A stretch of DNA of 64,000 nucleotides from Paragordius varius (lineage: Eukaryota > Animalia > Nematomorpha), in assembly GCA_964247055.1 (NCBI GenBank), contig OZ176054.1:10354001-10418000 (forward strand). The letters run 5' to 3'. Made by a program: the position numbers and the translations under genes. Positions 38,401-52,605 of the stretch are shown here, in pieces. Position 1 is the first letter of the stretch, and each line of letters begins with the position of its first letter. Under the pieces are notes generated by a model. It was not told the origin of the DNA and searched no databases. It saw nothing but the letters and a program-made list of their open reading frames with translations.

Positions 38401-41400
38401 AATATGCATTTTTTCTGGTAGAGGGAACGTGTGATTCCGAAATTCTTAGTATGTCAATTTTATGCTTAGTCATTTCATAAACGACTATATCTTGTTTGTG
38501 ATTGTTGTAGGCTCCACCTAAGTTCCACGTTGCGATGCGGATGCTGAGATTACGTGATTTCAACATTTGCAGAGTATTTAGAATGGGATAATGTGATGAG
38601 AAATATGTTATGGATATGTAAGTAAAAGTAATATAATCTAACTATTTCTAATATTCGAAGAAGGTATGAAATCAATGTTTATGGCAAAAAAAATCGATAA
38701 GAGATGGGTAGGTATACCGTACTTTTCCCACTCGATTAAAAGCATGTGTTTACATGCGTGAAAAAAATCATATTTTGTATTACTCCGGCCACGACTCGTT
38801 ATACAACGGTGTCGGTATAATAATAATGAACAAAAAGCTAGCTAACGTATCGTACATTTTTAATACAATCAATGAACGTATAATTACAATCCGCATACAA
38901 ACAACCCCTCAACCCATTACTATCTTTCAAATTTACGCCCCTACCTCCTCTTACAGCGATGACGACTGTGAAAAATTTTACAGCGATCTCGACTTGGCGA
39001 TTTCCCAAATCTCAAAAAAGGATATGATATTTATCTTAGGCGATTTCAATTCAATCATAGGAAGTGACAAAACACCTCCTATGACGGGCGGCCTGGGCTT
39101 GGGCATAAAAAACGAGAGAGGAGACAGCTTGATTGAATTTTGTGCTAACCATCGTTTTTTCGTCGCAAACACCTCTTTTAAACAGCCCAAACGACGTCTA
39201 TACACATGGCGTTCCCCGTGTCAAAGATACCGTAACCAAATTGACTTCATATTAGGTATGGTAAAATATAAAAGTTCATTTCATAAAGTCAAATGGCTAC
39301 CAGGATCGGATTGCTACAGCGACTACAACCTACTGATCTCCAAACTCTGAATTATTACAACTTCCCAAAATATCCAAACCCACCAGAACAAGATTAGATT
39401 ATGATACAATCGACGACAAGTTTAGTACCGCTTTATCTAATCATTTCGAGTGTCTTGATCATAATTTCGAAAACTATCAGGATATAAACTCCTTTTGGAA
39501 CGTTATACACACAATCTGCAGAGACACAGCCGACGAATTTATACAGCCTCTCAAACGTACTAAACAAAAAATAAATTGTCAACCAAAAGTCTCGAGATCG
39601 CAGAAAAACGTAGAGGATTCAAAATCAAATGCAAATGGGATGAATACAAACAACTAAACTGAATTTCATAAGAGAGCAAGAGAGGACAAAAATAAGTATT
39701 ATGACCAAATATGTGAAAAATTAGAAACAGACGCCAAAAATAACCGAAACCTTTTTGCCCATGCAAACAATATTATTCCACACAAAAAGGTTTTTTTACA
39801 AGGGACCTGAGAAACGACACCAACTAAATCATGACTGAAAAAGATGAAATTCGTAAACTCTGGCTTAAACACGTAAGTAAACTATACAACGTAAATAACC
39901 CTCAGACTATTAACGAACTTACTCAACAAAAAGAACCACCTATTATGAAAGAAGAAGTGGAACTCGCGATAAAACTAGTACCGGCAAATCAGAGGTATAT
40001 CCCAATCGATATACTTACCAAATTATTTCAAACCATATTTGAGATGGAAAAAATTCCTGAGGATTGGTGCACATCCAATATGATTTCTATTTTAAAAAGG
40101 GTAACTCAGAACTGTGCGTCAACTATCGCACCATAGCGCTCATAAACCAGGTGTCCATAGTTTTCCTAAAAATAATACAGTTTCGACTAAATACCATTCT
40201 TGACCCCGAGATATCCACGATTCAGGGTGGTTTTCGAAAAGGTAGAGGATTCCGAGATATGATATAATATGAGGTGGATAATCGAGAAACACATCGAATT
40301 CAACAAAGAATTGCATATGTGCTTTGTCGATTTTTCCAAAGGGTTCCATCCAACACAATAAATTAAATAAAAACTCTAAAACAACGTGGAGCATCAACAC
40401 ATCTAATCAACGTCATATTCTCAATTTACTTAAATTCAACGGCTGTACTATCTACACCTAACGGTATATCTGACTCATGTAAGATACAAGTCGGTCTACG
40501 CCAAGGATGCGTTTTATCCCCAATTCTTTTTAACGCATACCTCGAATGCATAATAAGAAACACCCCAGAAACTTATAGCATTAATGTAGGTGGAAACCTA
40601 CTTACATCCGTTCACTAGGCGGATGATAAAGTCTTCGCAGACAGTGTAGACACATTATCGCAAGCCTTGCAAGTGTTTACAACTGAATGCAATAAATTTG
40701 GATTAAATATCAATTTTAAAAAAACAAAAGTTATGCAAATTAACCCGGCTCAAACTAACCCAATAGTCCTCAACGGCAACCAGATCGAAACAGTAAACAA
40801 TTACACGTACTTGGGTAGCATTATTAACAGTGAGAACAGCTCAACGCCAGAAATAAAGCGAAGAATGGCTATCGCTAAAGCAGTACATTCAAATATAACA
40901 AGATTTGGATGTCGCATGACATTAAACTAAAAAACCAAAATCAGATTAATCAAGGCTACAGTTTTTCCCACATTCATGTAGGGGGGAAAGCTGGACACTG
41001 AAAAAATATGACGAACGTCTAATAAATTCCTTCAAATTATGGGTTTGGAGGAAACTTCTCCAAATAAAATGGACAGACAAAATTTCAAACACCACTATTT
41101 CAAATATTAACCCTACTTCTAGCAGCTTAATACGGCAAAAACTCTCCTTTTTCGGGCACAAAGCCTACTCACTTGGATGCTGTGAAAAGTGAGTGGTGCT
41201 CGAAAAAGAGGGAGAAGACGAACTCGTTGGATGGATAACATCCTCAAAGAAACCAACCAATCATTATCCGAACTAAACACCAGATCCGGTATTCGCAGTG
41301 AATGGAGAAGTTATATTTTCAATGTTGCAGTTAGTCGTATCGACCTTAGCAACAACAATAACAACATGCATTTTTAAAAAATATATTTAGTTGTTATCAA

Positions 41401-41733
41401 ATTTAGCATATATTTAAAATTATTGGACAATATTGGAATTTTTGCGATTTTTTTTTAGAAGAACAGTCTAATTTTAGAGCCAAAAATTTGGGATTTCAGA
41501 GTCCACATCTAACAATTTAAAATTTTAAAAAATATTGTTTTGCTTTTTTATGTAGTTTATGATATTTTTTTGAAATAAAGTATTTGGCACTCGCCAAAAA
41601 ATATATTTGAAAAAATTGCGCACCTTCTGCAATTTTATACGGATCATTTATCACAAAAGTCTAAATAACTTTATAAAATAACTCATAAAGGTTAAAACCA
41701 AAATCACCACGATAATCCTGATATCCTGTCAGA

Positions 41734-41765
<32 letters not shown>

Positions 41766-42509
41766 TTTATCAGGATATTTTTTTGCGGAAACAGTATACC
41801 ACACCGATGGTGTAAAAACAGGCAAAGTATGTTTTAATTTTGTACTGGGTCAAAGTTCAAAATATATGGCCACATTATAATAAAATGTATTGTGTATGCT
41901 ATAACAATATTATAAATATTTATTTATTTAATTATTTGAAACAATTATATATAATAATATTTTATGCTGACATATCTTCGTACAATACTGGATTTTATTT
42001 TTTACCACAACAACCAATCTAAAATTCAAAATATAGAGCATTAAAAATAAATATTTTTTTTAATAATTAAAAAAGAAGGTATTGAACAAAATGGCGTGGC
42101 ATGGCGAAACCGCATTTTTTAACAATTCGAATAAAATTGGGGCATCCGAATTCCCCAGCCTATATTTAAGTTAATATTTTTAAAAAAACTACTTAAAGAA
42201 GCTGTCCCAATTTGATTTAATACTATTATTCTAATAAAAATTATATAAATAAGCCGAAATATCTAAATAAAATTTAGTTTTGAATTAAAGGTCCATGTCT
42301 TACAATTTCGATGCCATTTTTATTTTACATTTTTTCAAAATATCATGTTCATTGGTTTTAAGCTAAAATGAAAGCATCTAACATTGATAGAAACCGAAAA
42401 ATTGGTTTATTTTGTATTATTTTAAATTTAGCTAATGCACACATATCATGTTGGCTAAATTTTTACTTTTATTTTACTTTAAAAGTAATATCAAGTATTT
42501 TTGAAAGAA

Positions 42510-42548
<39 letters not shown>

Positions 42549-43586
42549 CGGTTTATGTTGTAAATGTGTGAATTTTCGCCAGGTTCCAATTCATTTCATA
42601 TTTAATTGAGGCCTGGGGTATCCAACTACCCCAATTCGAATCGAAGGACTGAAATGAATGTGTTGCATTGAAGTGTAAAATATAAAGTTGATATAAATTG
42701 CAGAGTATAAAATAGAGATGTAAACTGGAATATATTCAAATTTTTCTCAATTGTAATTAAATATATAATAAAAATGATGATTTAACACTTGGGTTTGACA
42801 CATTTATTTGACTCCTTTAATTTAAATTAGAGTCATTGATGATCCCATACCTATGTTGAAGAATAAAATGTTTTAAAAAATATGGAATGAATTCAAACCA
42901 TTGCAAAGGTTTGCACTTATATAACATTGATGCCCTGAAATACAAAAAAAAGAATTATTCAAAACTTAGTATTACTTTATATAGGTAATTAGGTAAAAAT
43001 GAGCAATCATCACATGTGTGCATTAACTAAATATAAAAATAATATAATTTTTCTGTTTATATTAATCTTAAGTTTTGTTATCAGAAAAAAATTAATTTTT
43101 TAGTGTTAGAACCAAAAAAGCACGATATTTTTTAAAAATGTTGTATAAGAATGGCGTCAAAGTAATTTAATAAGGAGTTTTTTTTTCAAAACCAAATTTT
43201 ATTTGGGCATTTTTGGCTTTAATATTAGGATAAAAGCATAATGAATTACCGTACCTTTCAGCAGTTTTCTAATAATATCCATTTAAATATGGTCTGGGGT
43301 CACAGCTACCCCAATTTAAATCAAAGTGCTAAAACAGTATGGCTGTATTTTGAAAAACGAAACATTTATCTACATATTGTGAAGTTTCGATTTTAGTTGC
43401 GCCAAAATATTCGGTTATAAGGGGGCACAGTATTTTCTATATTTTTTTTAATATTATCTTATCTTTAAATATTTATATATCTATCTTACTAGATGAGGGA
43501 TCATCATATTCAGTAGTTGTCGGTTCAGGCCATCGTGTCGTAATTACATCTCTCTTAATACGCACACCTTGTCCGGAAGATATTGG
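35477..43586 (+). CDS. Candidate small exons of an unidentified, possibly CUB-like extracellular protein gene
   Basis: Phase-compatible GT-AG exons 35477-35507 (YCSGIIMSIN), 35608-35679 (LSSPNYGFG..YSPDYYISDG), 36883-36925 (PFAEWRYYNSRTAH), 43493-43586 (EGSSYSVVVGSGHRVVITSLLIRTPCPEDIG). Resemblance to CUB (C.G....LSSPNY; V..G.RV) is weak. Confidence 0.3.
38414..41365 (+). mobile_element. Near full-length RTE/BovB-like LINE (APE endonuclease + RT) with 5' inversion; inactive
   Basis: EN motifs IATWN..IDILRISE (inverted, minus strand), YAPT, ILGDFNS, QIDFIL; RT motifs NYRTIAL, FVDFSK, GLRQGCVLSP, *ADD, YTYLGS; (CAA)n tail ending 41365. TSD ATGCATTTTT at 38404-38413 and 41366-41375. Confidence 0.9.
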
Positions 43587-46500
43587 GTAACTTTGAGTGA
43601 AACAAAGTAGTATTGGGAACAGCATTATTATCCATACATATAGTTTCATTTTAAAGTGTTATATAAGGTTACTAAAATTGGGAAAATAATTTTAAGTCAA
43701 AAATTAAAAATAATGAATATTTAAAGAAATGATTTTTCAAAAGAGCATAAAATTCTTAAAGTATAAATAATTAGAATTTCAGGGGGCAATATATCGTGTT
43801 TTAAATTAGATTGGTTATGTATATTTTTCAAAGTACAGTATTCATAGACTATTTTACATAAAATACATATCTTGTTATACGGGACCAAATTTTAATGACG
43901 CCTTAATATAAATTTTATTAATATAAAGTCTATGCCCTTTTGAATAAGAGATGTGCTAAAAATAACAACACTTTAGAGTACAAGGCAAAATATTTAGTGT
44001 GAAAATTATTCTTTTTAATAAAATATCGAATGTATCAAGATATTTATTTTTAGTTTGACCTAACATCAACTCAAGGTAGATTGTCAATGATTTTACCCTA
44101 TAGCATTTATTACATGACATATACATTTTGTTTCAAAATTTATCCTCACCAACTTAACCTATAGTTCAAATGTCATATACAGTAAAACCTCCTTTAATGT
44201 ACGTGATCTCGAATAGCAAATGCTCTTAAGTAATATGTTTGAACCAAAACTAACTAAAAAGTACTGAAATTCGCAAGAAAAATGCTTACGGCTCTTTCTG
44301 TGATGGCGTCTTTGGGAAACACACAATGGGAATTCACCGTGTGTAGCTTTAGATTCATGCGGCATCCTATATTTTTGGATAAAAATATTTTGATAAAAAG
44401 TTCGCAATACAACCTATGCCGCTTTTTCTTTGGGTTGCATTTTAGATTTTAACACCACATCGTTTAAAAGACTCGTAACCTAAATTAAATGTATAATTGT
44501 GCCCCTAAAAATTGCGGCGTTTTTATAAAAAATGCCTGGCTTATTGTGGCATCATGTTCTTAAACTAATGCTACTGTCCGAGATACGGTGTTCGGGGCCC
44601 AAATCTACGTTCCCCATAATATAAAAAAATAGTTTTTTATGTAGTGGTAATGTTTATACTATTAGTTTTTTTTGTGTATTGTCCACATATATGGCAAACA
44701 ATATTTTTATCCATCGGGCATCCAAAATTTATAAATATATTTACTTGGGTGATAATTATATTTTTTGTACATTTTGGGTATATAATAATATATTTTGATG
44801 AAAAAGCCGATATAGAGTATATTTAAGTGTAGAAAATATTTAAAAATATCATATGAAATAAAGAATATATTATATTCAGCTGAGTAAAATTTAGCTTTTT
44901 TACATAAAAAAAACAGCAAAAAAGATGTATTAAATTTATTTTTTAAAATAAAGTCCACAAAGCTATTACACAATGATAATTATAATTAATCAAACATTAT
45001 TAACATTCAAGAACATAAAATAAAATGTGTTTTCATTTAATAAGATGATGAAAATATTTGTGTCAAAAAATGTTAAGTTCCCCCGTTTTTGAGGGTTTTT
45101 GCCCCCTGGAACGAATATTTCGAGTTAATTTTTTTTATTTAAAAGATAAATTGGTGGTCTATAATAAAATTTGTACACATATTATTTGTTTATCTAGCAA
45201 AAAATATTTACAAACGAGAAAATTTTGGATATGTCTAAATATGGAAAAAGTCCCATAAAACGACCTGGGGAAGTAAAAAATTTTTAATCACAAATCTGAT
45301 CACAATACCATAAGGAATCAGAAAATATTAAAAAATTTAGATCCAGAAAAAGTTGTGTCACAGTGTTACCAATTAGTCATAGCTGTTGTTTTAAGTAACC
45401 AGCTTTATTTATATTTTAATCACTTTCTAACTCATAAGCTGATCAATTGCAATGCAATCGAATTGGCCTGCTTTTGATACCACAATTCATTATCTAATTG
45501 CGTTTGGGTTTTAGATAGGAGACCAGAAAGTATGGTGTTTTTGTCGAAAGGGAATGCATTTTTTAGGAACCAAAAACTCTTAATTCATTTTTTATATTTA
45601 TTTGATTTAGTTATTATTTAATATTTTTATTATTTATTAATTTAATAGTAATTATTTATTTTTACAAAAATTTTTATTTAAAAACTATTGCGACTCTTAA
45701 CTTAATTTTGTAATTTTATTGACATATAAAAGAAGCTCTGTGTAAACACAAGATCACAAACGGTTGTTGCTTGAAAAAAAATTTAAACAAAATTTATTCC
45801 CTATTAAAACCGGGTTTACGTTTAAATCCTTAAATCAAAAACACAGTTTCGGGCCCAATCAAAAATGTAATGTTTTCTTATATTCCATACGTCCTACCGT
45901 TATTTTGGGTTTTTGTTGTTCAGAAATAATCTTTTGAGCAACAGCGTGTCGATTCTTTTACACGCCATTCCATCTCACACTTTCCCTTGCAATCAAAAAG
46001 CCAGAAGAATAACTTAGTGATTAAAAGAGATTTGGTTAAGACACTTGTACACATTTAAACCTTCAGGATATGGATGCCACTCTGGAAAGAGACATCCCTC
46101 AAAAAAATTTGACACAAATCTTATTTTTTAAAAGGGGTGTCGTCACACGCTCGGACCCTCAAAATATATCTGCCGCCCGCATTTAGATATCTCATCTGAA
46201 TTTCTGAATTTCGGCCAGGAACAAACAGAAATTGTATAAATGATAGTACAGTTTATGTTTGAAATCTATGGAAACATTGTTAATTTCGCGGCCCGTCAGA
46301 TTTTGGATTCGAAAATGCAGCTCGCGAAGCCATTTCTATTGGACACTCCTGATATATATAAATACGATATATGATAAAGTAAGCAATATTAGTTATCATT
46401 GACTAATTTCTTATCACACTAATATTTAATTGAGATGGACACAAATTTACCTATATATGTAATTTATTTCGATTCTACCATAATAATATATTTATTATTT

Positions 46501-48191
46501 ATAATTTATAATTTACATAAATTAAATTAAATAATGTTTTTCCCATTTTGAAGTATATATATATATTTCAGGATTCCGATATAATTTCTTGGGCATATGA
46601 TTGTGGTTTCAACTAAAAAATATTTAATTAAATCTAAACAACCATTAAAATACTTGATATAGGGGTGATTGCGAAAAGTTGTCATTATCTACTTTTTCTT
46701 TACCTGTTCATTATTTTAAATATTTATTTCGATATTTGCAATAATTTGAAAAAAATTGTGATAATAAATTTATAAATAATAGGTACTTGTGGGGGAAACT
46801 ATATAAAAATAAAAACAAGTAAATATACCTTACAGCCTAAATTCACCCTTGAACGTTTAAAATTCACCATAATATATGTGATTATGGGCTAATTTAACTC
46901 AAATATGAAGTTCTTCATAGTATTTATTTGTATGTTAATTTTATACATAAATTTATTTTTTTTAATAAATAAAGATAGGTAGTCTTATGTTTTTACAAAC
47001 TAATTTTTTAAGGTGAAATTGAAATGTTTAATGGTAATAAAGTGTTCAAGGGTGAATTAGTTGGTGTCCATAAATAATGGTCAAGAGTTTTAATAAATTA
47101 ATAATTTAGTAATAATCCTTACCCATGTTGTACAGAATAATACTGAGGGATATTCCAAGCGAAAAGATTAAAAAATCAGCCATTTTATATTGCCAAAAAA
47201 ATCTGAATGCAACCAAAAAATTTCGTATTATATAATATATATATGTTTATACTTTTTCATCATATTACAAAGTACCGCAAACATAAGCTTTTGGTTACCC
47301 TAAAATGGGTCAAGTTTAATAAATACAACCCCAAAATCGATCTGTTTAACTGGTTTCATTTATTTGTTTAAATGATTTTAGAAATAAACTAACTTAAGAT
47401 ATACAAATTATACTATAGATAAAAAAAAATTTAATTTTGACCCTTTTAACTTAAAAAATTTTTTTTATTATTATATACATATGTCTTGATATTTGAAATG
47501 AATACAGTTGCCCCCACAGTGTTTTAATAAAAAATATTTTTTATCTTAATTCAATTCTCAATTTCATCAATATATCTAATGACATTTTCTTATTTAAATA
47601 ACTAATATGTCGATGTTTCACTGTTTTTTCATTCCATTTTAATAAAAATTTGAATTCAAATCCCTATTTTGCGTCCCAAAACAAAAAATGCAAAGAATTA
47701 AATTTTAAAAACTTATGGTTTTTGAAATAATTATTTGGCTTTTAAGTTATACGTTTTGTCTGTAAAATTTGAATTTTAAATTATTTATAATTTTAAGTAG
47801 CGTGTTGCGCATTAACCAAAAATAGCAACTGTAGAGGTTATAATTCAATCAATTTTAAACGCAGTTATAAATCAAATATTGATGCTATATAATCAATGAA
47901 CTACAGGTAAACTAATTTTTACTAATAATTGTTATATATATTTAATTTTAGTTTTTTTCAGATATATTTAGCCTATGATAAAGTAACTTTGATATTGCAA
48001 ATATTCCCCGAAATTATTAACTTTAGTACATTTCAGTCGACTTTTCAGGTTATTTAATCAGAATTAAAAAAATAAATATCTTTAAATTACTATATAATTA
48101 TCGTCAATCGTAATCACAGATGAGTGTTAAAATTTAGATATTACCTGTATTTTTACAAATTACAATTTTTAAACCTTAATTTTTTTTTGAG

Positions 48192-48356
48192 AAATTCCAT
48201 TTGAAACTCAGTATGTAAATGGTGACTTAATTACCCCTCTGGAAACGAATGGACACGAATCAATTGGTAATTAATTTTTTTAGCTTATTGGAATTTTTTT
48301 AATTAATTGATATATCGTGATGAGCTATCATAAATTTTTAATATTCCTAAAAAGAT

Positions 48357-48421
<65 letters not shown>

Positions 48422-49865
48422 TTTATAAGATGTCGAAAATTATGAAAACCATCCTTATCAAGATGGTGATCTGTTAAGTGAACATTACATTTCGGACGAT
48501 GAATCGCTAAATGGTATTTTTACCTATTATATATATATATATATAGTTGTATTTGAATTGGTATACTATGGTAAAAAGTTTTAATTTTAGAAATTGACTA
48601 AAAAATATGAAAACATGTTGCATTTAAATTAAGGTTTCAATTAAAAAAATTAATTTTCAAATCTTAGGGTGGGGTGATAAAAAAAATTTTTTTGACTTGA
48701 CTCGCAAGTTTTTCAAGTCATGGCTTGCTTTCATGTGATAAAAAAAATTAAGATTGGACGACTTAAGTCAAGCAAGAAAACTTGATTCGGAGGTGATAAA
48801 TAATCATATGATTAAGTAAAACTTATAGATTTTGCAAGTGTGGTGTAGGGCACACTTGACACATTTGAATGAATAAAATTATTTTGGAAACTATTTATGT
48901 ATGTAATTTAGGCTTTATATGTAGTTGAAACCTCTGTAAATAGTATTAATTATTTTTTTAATTAATTTTGGCTAATTAACCTATTCAAATTAGGTGGATA
49001 CGAAAGAGGATAAATTTTTAGAAAAACTCAGCTAATATTTAAGAACAATGCATACATAATGCTAAATATATCAATTCCGTGAACCCGCAAAAAAAGATTC
49101 TCGAAAATTTCTTAAAATTAATAATTAAATATTAATCTTGTAAAATTTTAAATCTTCGTTCGAACGCTAAAAGTTACTTTACTATTAACTAATGTAAAGA
49201 ATTTATTTCATCATAAATTTATTTCTAATGTAATGTTGATAATCAATTAAAAATAATAATATGTTATATAAACATCTTCCAATTGTATTTGCAAATGTCC
49301 TACAAAAAGGAGTAGTGTTTTAAGGCCGAATGGGATCAATATTTAAAAGAATCTATAATATTAAGTAAAATACGTACCTGTGAGTTTGAAAACTTCAATA
49401 AATGCATATTGTATTAATTTGTGCCTTATTTCATAAATTTTGGCTGAAAATGATCAAAACGAATTCCGTAAAATTCGATTGAAAAAAATATTACATTCAC
49501 AAGCTAAAGACCTGACTTGAGTGTTTTTTTTATCACCGATTTTTAAGTGGACACTTGCTTGCTTAAGTAAACTTCAAATTGCTAAGCTTGATTTTATCAC
49601 CACACCCTTAGTTTAAGGCATAGGGTTACTTTTTGAGGTTTACACCGGTATTTATAGACTCAGTTATATTTGAGTTTTATTTGTATAGCTTTTATAAATT
49701 TTGACAGTTTAGTTTCTTGATTCAAAAACATGAAATAGGATATTATATATATATATATATATATATATTATTTTTATATATTCTATATAAATTTTATTGA
49801 AATAGACCCATTTGATAATCCCTCCGATGTGGGTTCACACCCCGATTATCCCACCATACGAAGAT
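48192..49865 (+). CDS. Three candidate symmetric phase-1 exons encoding an acidic, probably disordered segment of an unknown protein
   Basis: 48192-48266, 48430-48513 and 49806-49865 have good splice sites, locally higher GC and join without stops: IPFETQYVNGDLITPLETNGHESI|DVENYENHPYQDGDLLSEHYISDDESLN|DPFDNPSDVGSHPDYPTIRR. Confidence 0.4.
48667..49607. mobile_element. Non-autonomous PIF/Harbinger-type (Tourist-like) element
   Basis: TIR GGGTGGGGTGATAAAA / TTTTATCACCACACCC with a 3-bp TTA duplication at 48664-48666 and 49608-49610. Confidence 0.65.
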
Positions 49866-51421
49866 GTATTTTATCTTGAAAAATTTTATTATTCACACCT
49901 CAACTACACCATTAAACAATTCGAACCATTCAATTTGACCCTTAAACAATTTAAATTCCACCCTAAAATAAATTAATTTTTAAATATCAAAAATTACATA
50001 TATACTTTTTTACATTGATAAAAAATAAATTATCATTTTTAATATAATACTGAAATAATAGTGCCATAAAGAAATATTTTATATTATCAATGTATAGTTT
50101 ATTAGCCCGAAAACACAATTTATTTTTAGGGTGAATTTAATTTGTTTGAGGGAATTCGAATCGTTCAAGAGTGAATTTGAGGTGTAAATGGTATATAAAG
50201 TATTCACATTAATGTTGGTTAATTCACATTATTTTTGATAAATTGATCATACAGATACGTATAAGTAACAAATAGTTATTGAAATCATAATTTTTTCCTT
50301 TCTTACAACATTATACTTTATTTAATTATATGTTTTATAACATTCGCTAATGTATAACCAGTTGCTCAACAATTTTGTTAATTAATCAATATACATAATG
50401 TATTTGTGAGATTTGCAGAATATTTTTGACAGAAAAATTATTAAAAAATAAAGCTTTATCTACCATGAATCAACGTAAGTCATTTAAATTTAGCCGCTAA
50501 TTTCCACATTTCTATAATGCATCATAAAAAATATTTGGATACAATTACACAATCTAAAAATGACACTTTTTACTCGTAAACTAAACTTCGGCTGGGATGC
50601 TTTAAACTGGGGGTGCCCAGTTTGATCTAAAAAAACAGATGTACCGCTTTTGAAAAATATTATGGACATGAATAAATATTTTATTACATCCCAATCATAA
50701 GACTGTACAAAATTGAGAAAAATTTTGATTACCATTTGTGTCACCAATTATTTTTCAGTATAAAATATCAATATGCCTATTTGTAAGCCTATTTTCGTAA
50801 ATTAATTATTGAGTTCATATTTATTTGGTATTTTATCACATTTTTCACCGGCCGAACATGATATATCAGAGGGGCGAACGTTAAACACCCTGTCATAAAT
50901 CAATCCAATATCTTTTATATAAAAGGAAAATATTTAAACCGATCACAATCATTGTAACAATAAAAAATCCCCGATTTGGGAGATATGAATGGAAAATATC
51001 GTAAACGATAATACACCGTTTTAAAACATCTCTAAACATTTTTATTGCCTTAGTATTTGATATATATTTTGTTTTATTGTGTTTAAAACCTCAGCGGTAT
51101 TATAAAAAAATGAGCATGCCTTAAATAAAAATAGACATAAAAAATGCTTATGTCATTGTAAAAGAAAAAATATGCATTATTTGGCAACACTTACAGTATG
51201 CAATTTAATGGTTACTTATTTCACACTATAGTAGGTGATGGTGAGTGTATGGAAAAATTGTTTTTTTAACATTTTGTGGTTTTTTCCATACACCGCTGTG
51301 TTGCAAACCCCCCAACTATAGTATGAAATAACCATTTAAATGCATACTGTATCTATATATATTACATATTATTTTAAAATAATAATTTAATTATACTATA
51401 TATATATATATATATATATAT

Positions 51422-52605
51422 ATTGTGCAAAAAAATTTTAACAAAAAATAAGTTTTATGAGATAGCTTATGACCAGTGGATTCATTTGCTGTAAAAATTT
51501 TTATTTGTTGACAACCTAGTTTTTGAAATATTAGGAGATCGAAATCGGGTAAAAGGTTTGAGGATAATTCTAAAAATAATAAAAGTTAAGATATTATCGT
51601 TGATTATCATTTTAGGAGATATTTTCTATATATAAATAGCCTAAAATCATAAAAATAGAGTTTCTATAAATCTCATATCAAAAGATGGCGATTTTCTTTT
51701 AACGCACTTATAAGTCAAAAAAAAATTATGAAACTATATTAAAATATTTTTTTAATTATTTACCACACTATAAAAATCTTATTCATATTTCAGTAAAAAA
51801 CTTCTATATCAAAATAAAACTATTGTTTTTTATTTTTTCATTTTGATCTAGTTTATGTGTGTATAATTTATACTGTTTTATTTAGAATCTTACATAAGTG
51901 GAAGTTATAAAGTATTTAATTTATGCAAAATAATATTTAAAGGTGGTGGAAAATCAACCAAATATCCGTACATATCCCAGTAAAATTATTATTTTGTATT
52001 AAAAAAACCTGCAGGGATTAATACGGATTATTGGTTGATATTCCACTACTTTTAAATCAGGTTTTGCATGAATTATATACTATATAACTCCCACTTATGT
52101 AAGATTCCAAAATTAAACAGTATAAATTTTTATGCACTCATAAACCAGATGACAAAAAAATAAAAACAATATTTTTTAGTTTTATTTTAATATAGTTTTT
52201 TTTACTGAAAAAATTTGAATGTTAAGATTTTAATAGGTTTAGCTAGTAAATAATTTAAAAAGGTTATTTTAATATGGTTTCATAAAAATTATTTACTTAT
52301 AAGTGTGTTAAAAAAACGCCATTTGATCGATTTTATAGAAACCCTATTTATATAATTTTAGGTTATTTAATAGAGATTTCCTAAAATGATAATCAACCTT
52401 AATATCTCAAATTTTATGATTAATTTTAGAATTATCCTCAATTATCCTTAATCTTCACTTTTTGCCCGATTTTGATTTTTTCCTAATATTCCAAAAACTA
52501 GGTTGTCCACAAATAAAAATTTTTGCGGCAAATGAATTCACTGGTCATAAGCTATCTCATGAATAAAAAAATTTTGGAAAAAATTAACCCTCTTTGCACA
52601 CAGTG
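51422..52605. mobile_element. ~1.2 kb foldback element, nearly palindromic throughout
   Basis: Outer arms (GAGATAGCTTATGACCAGTG / CACTGGTCATAAGCTATCTC) and an inner arm pair (~51890-52130) are inverted copies; TA flanks. Confidence 0.7.

Noticed and set aside
44159-44407. 82-aa minus-strand ORF
   Set aside because: Overlaps a pogo/Tigger-like terminus (TACAGTAAAACCTC at ~44199); no splice or homology support.
50490-50747. 85-aa minus-strand ORF
   Set aside because: No recognisable motif and no phase-compatible neighbouring exons found.
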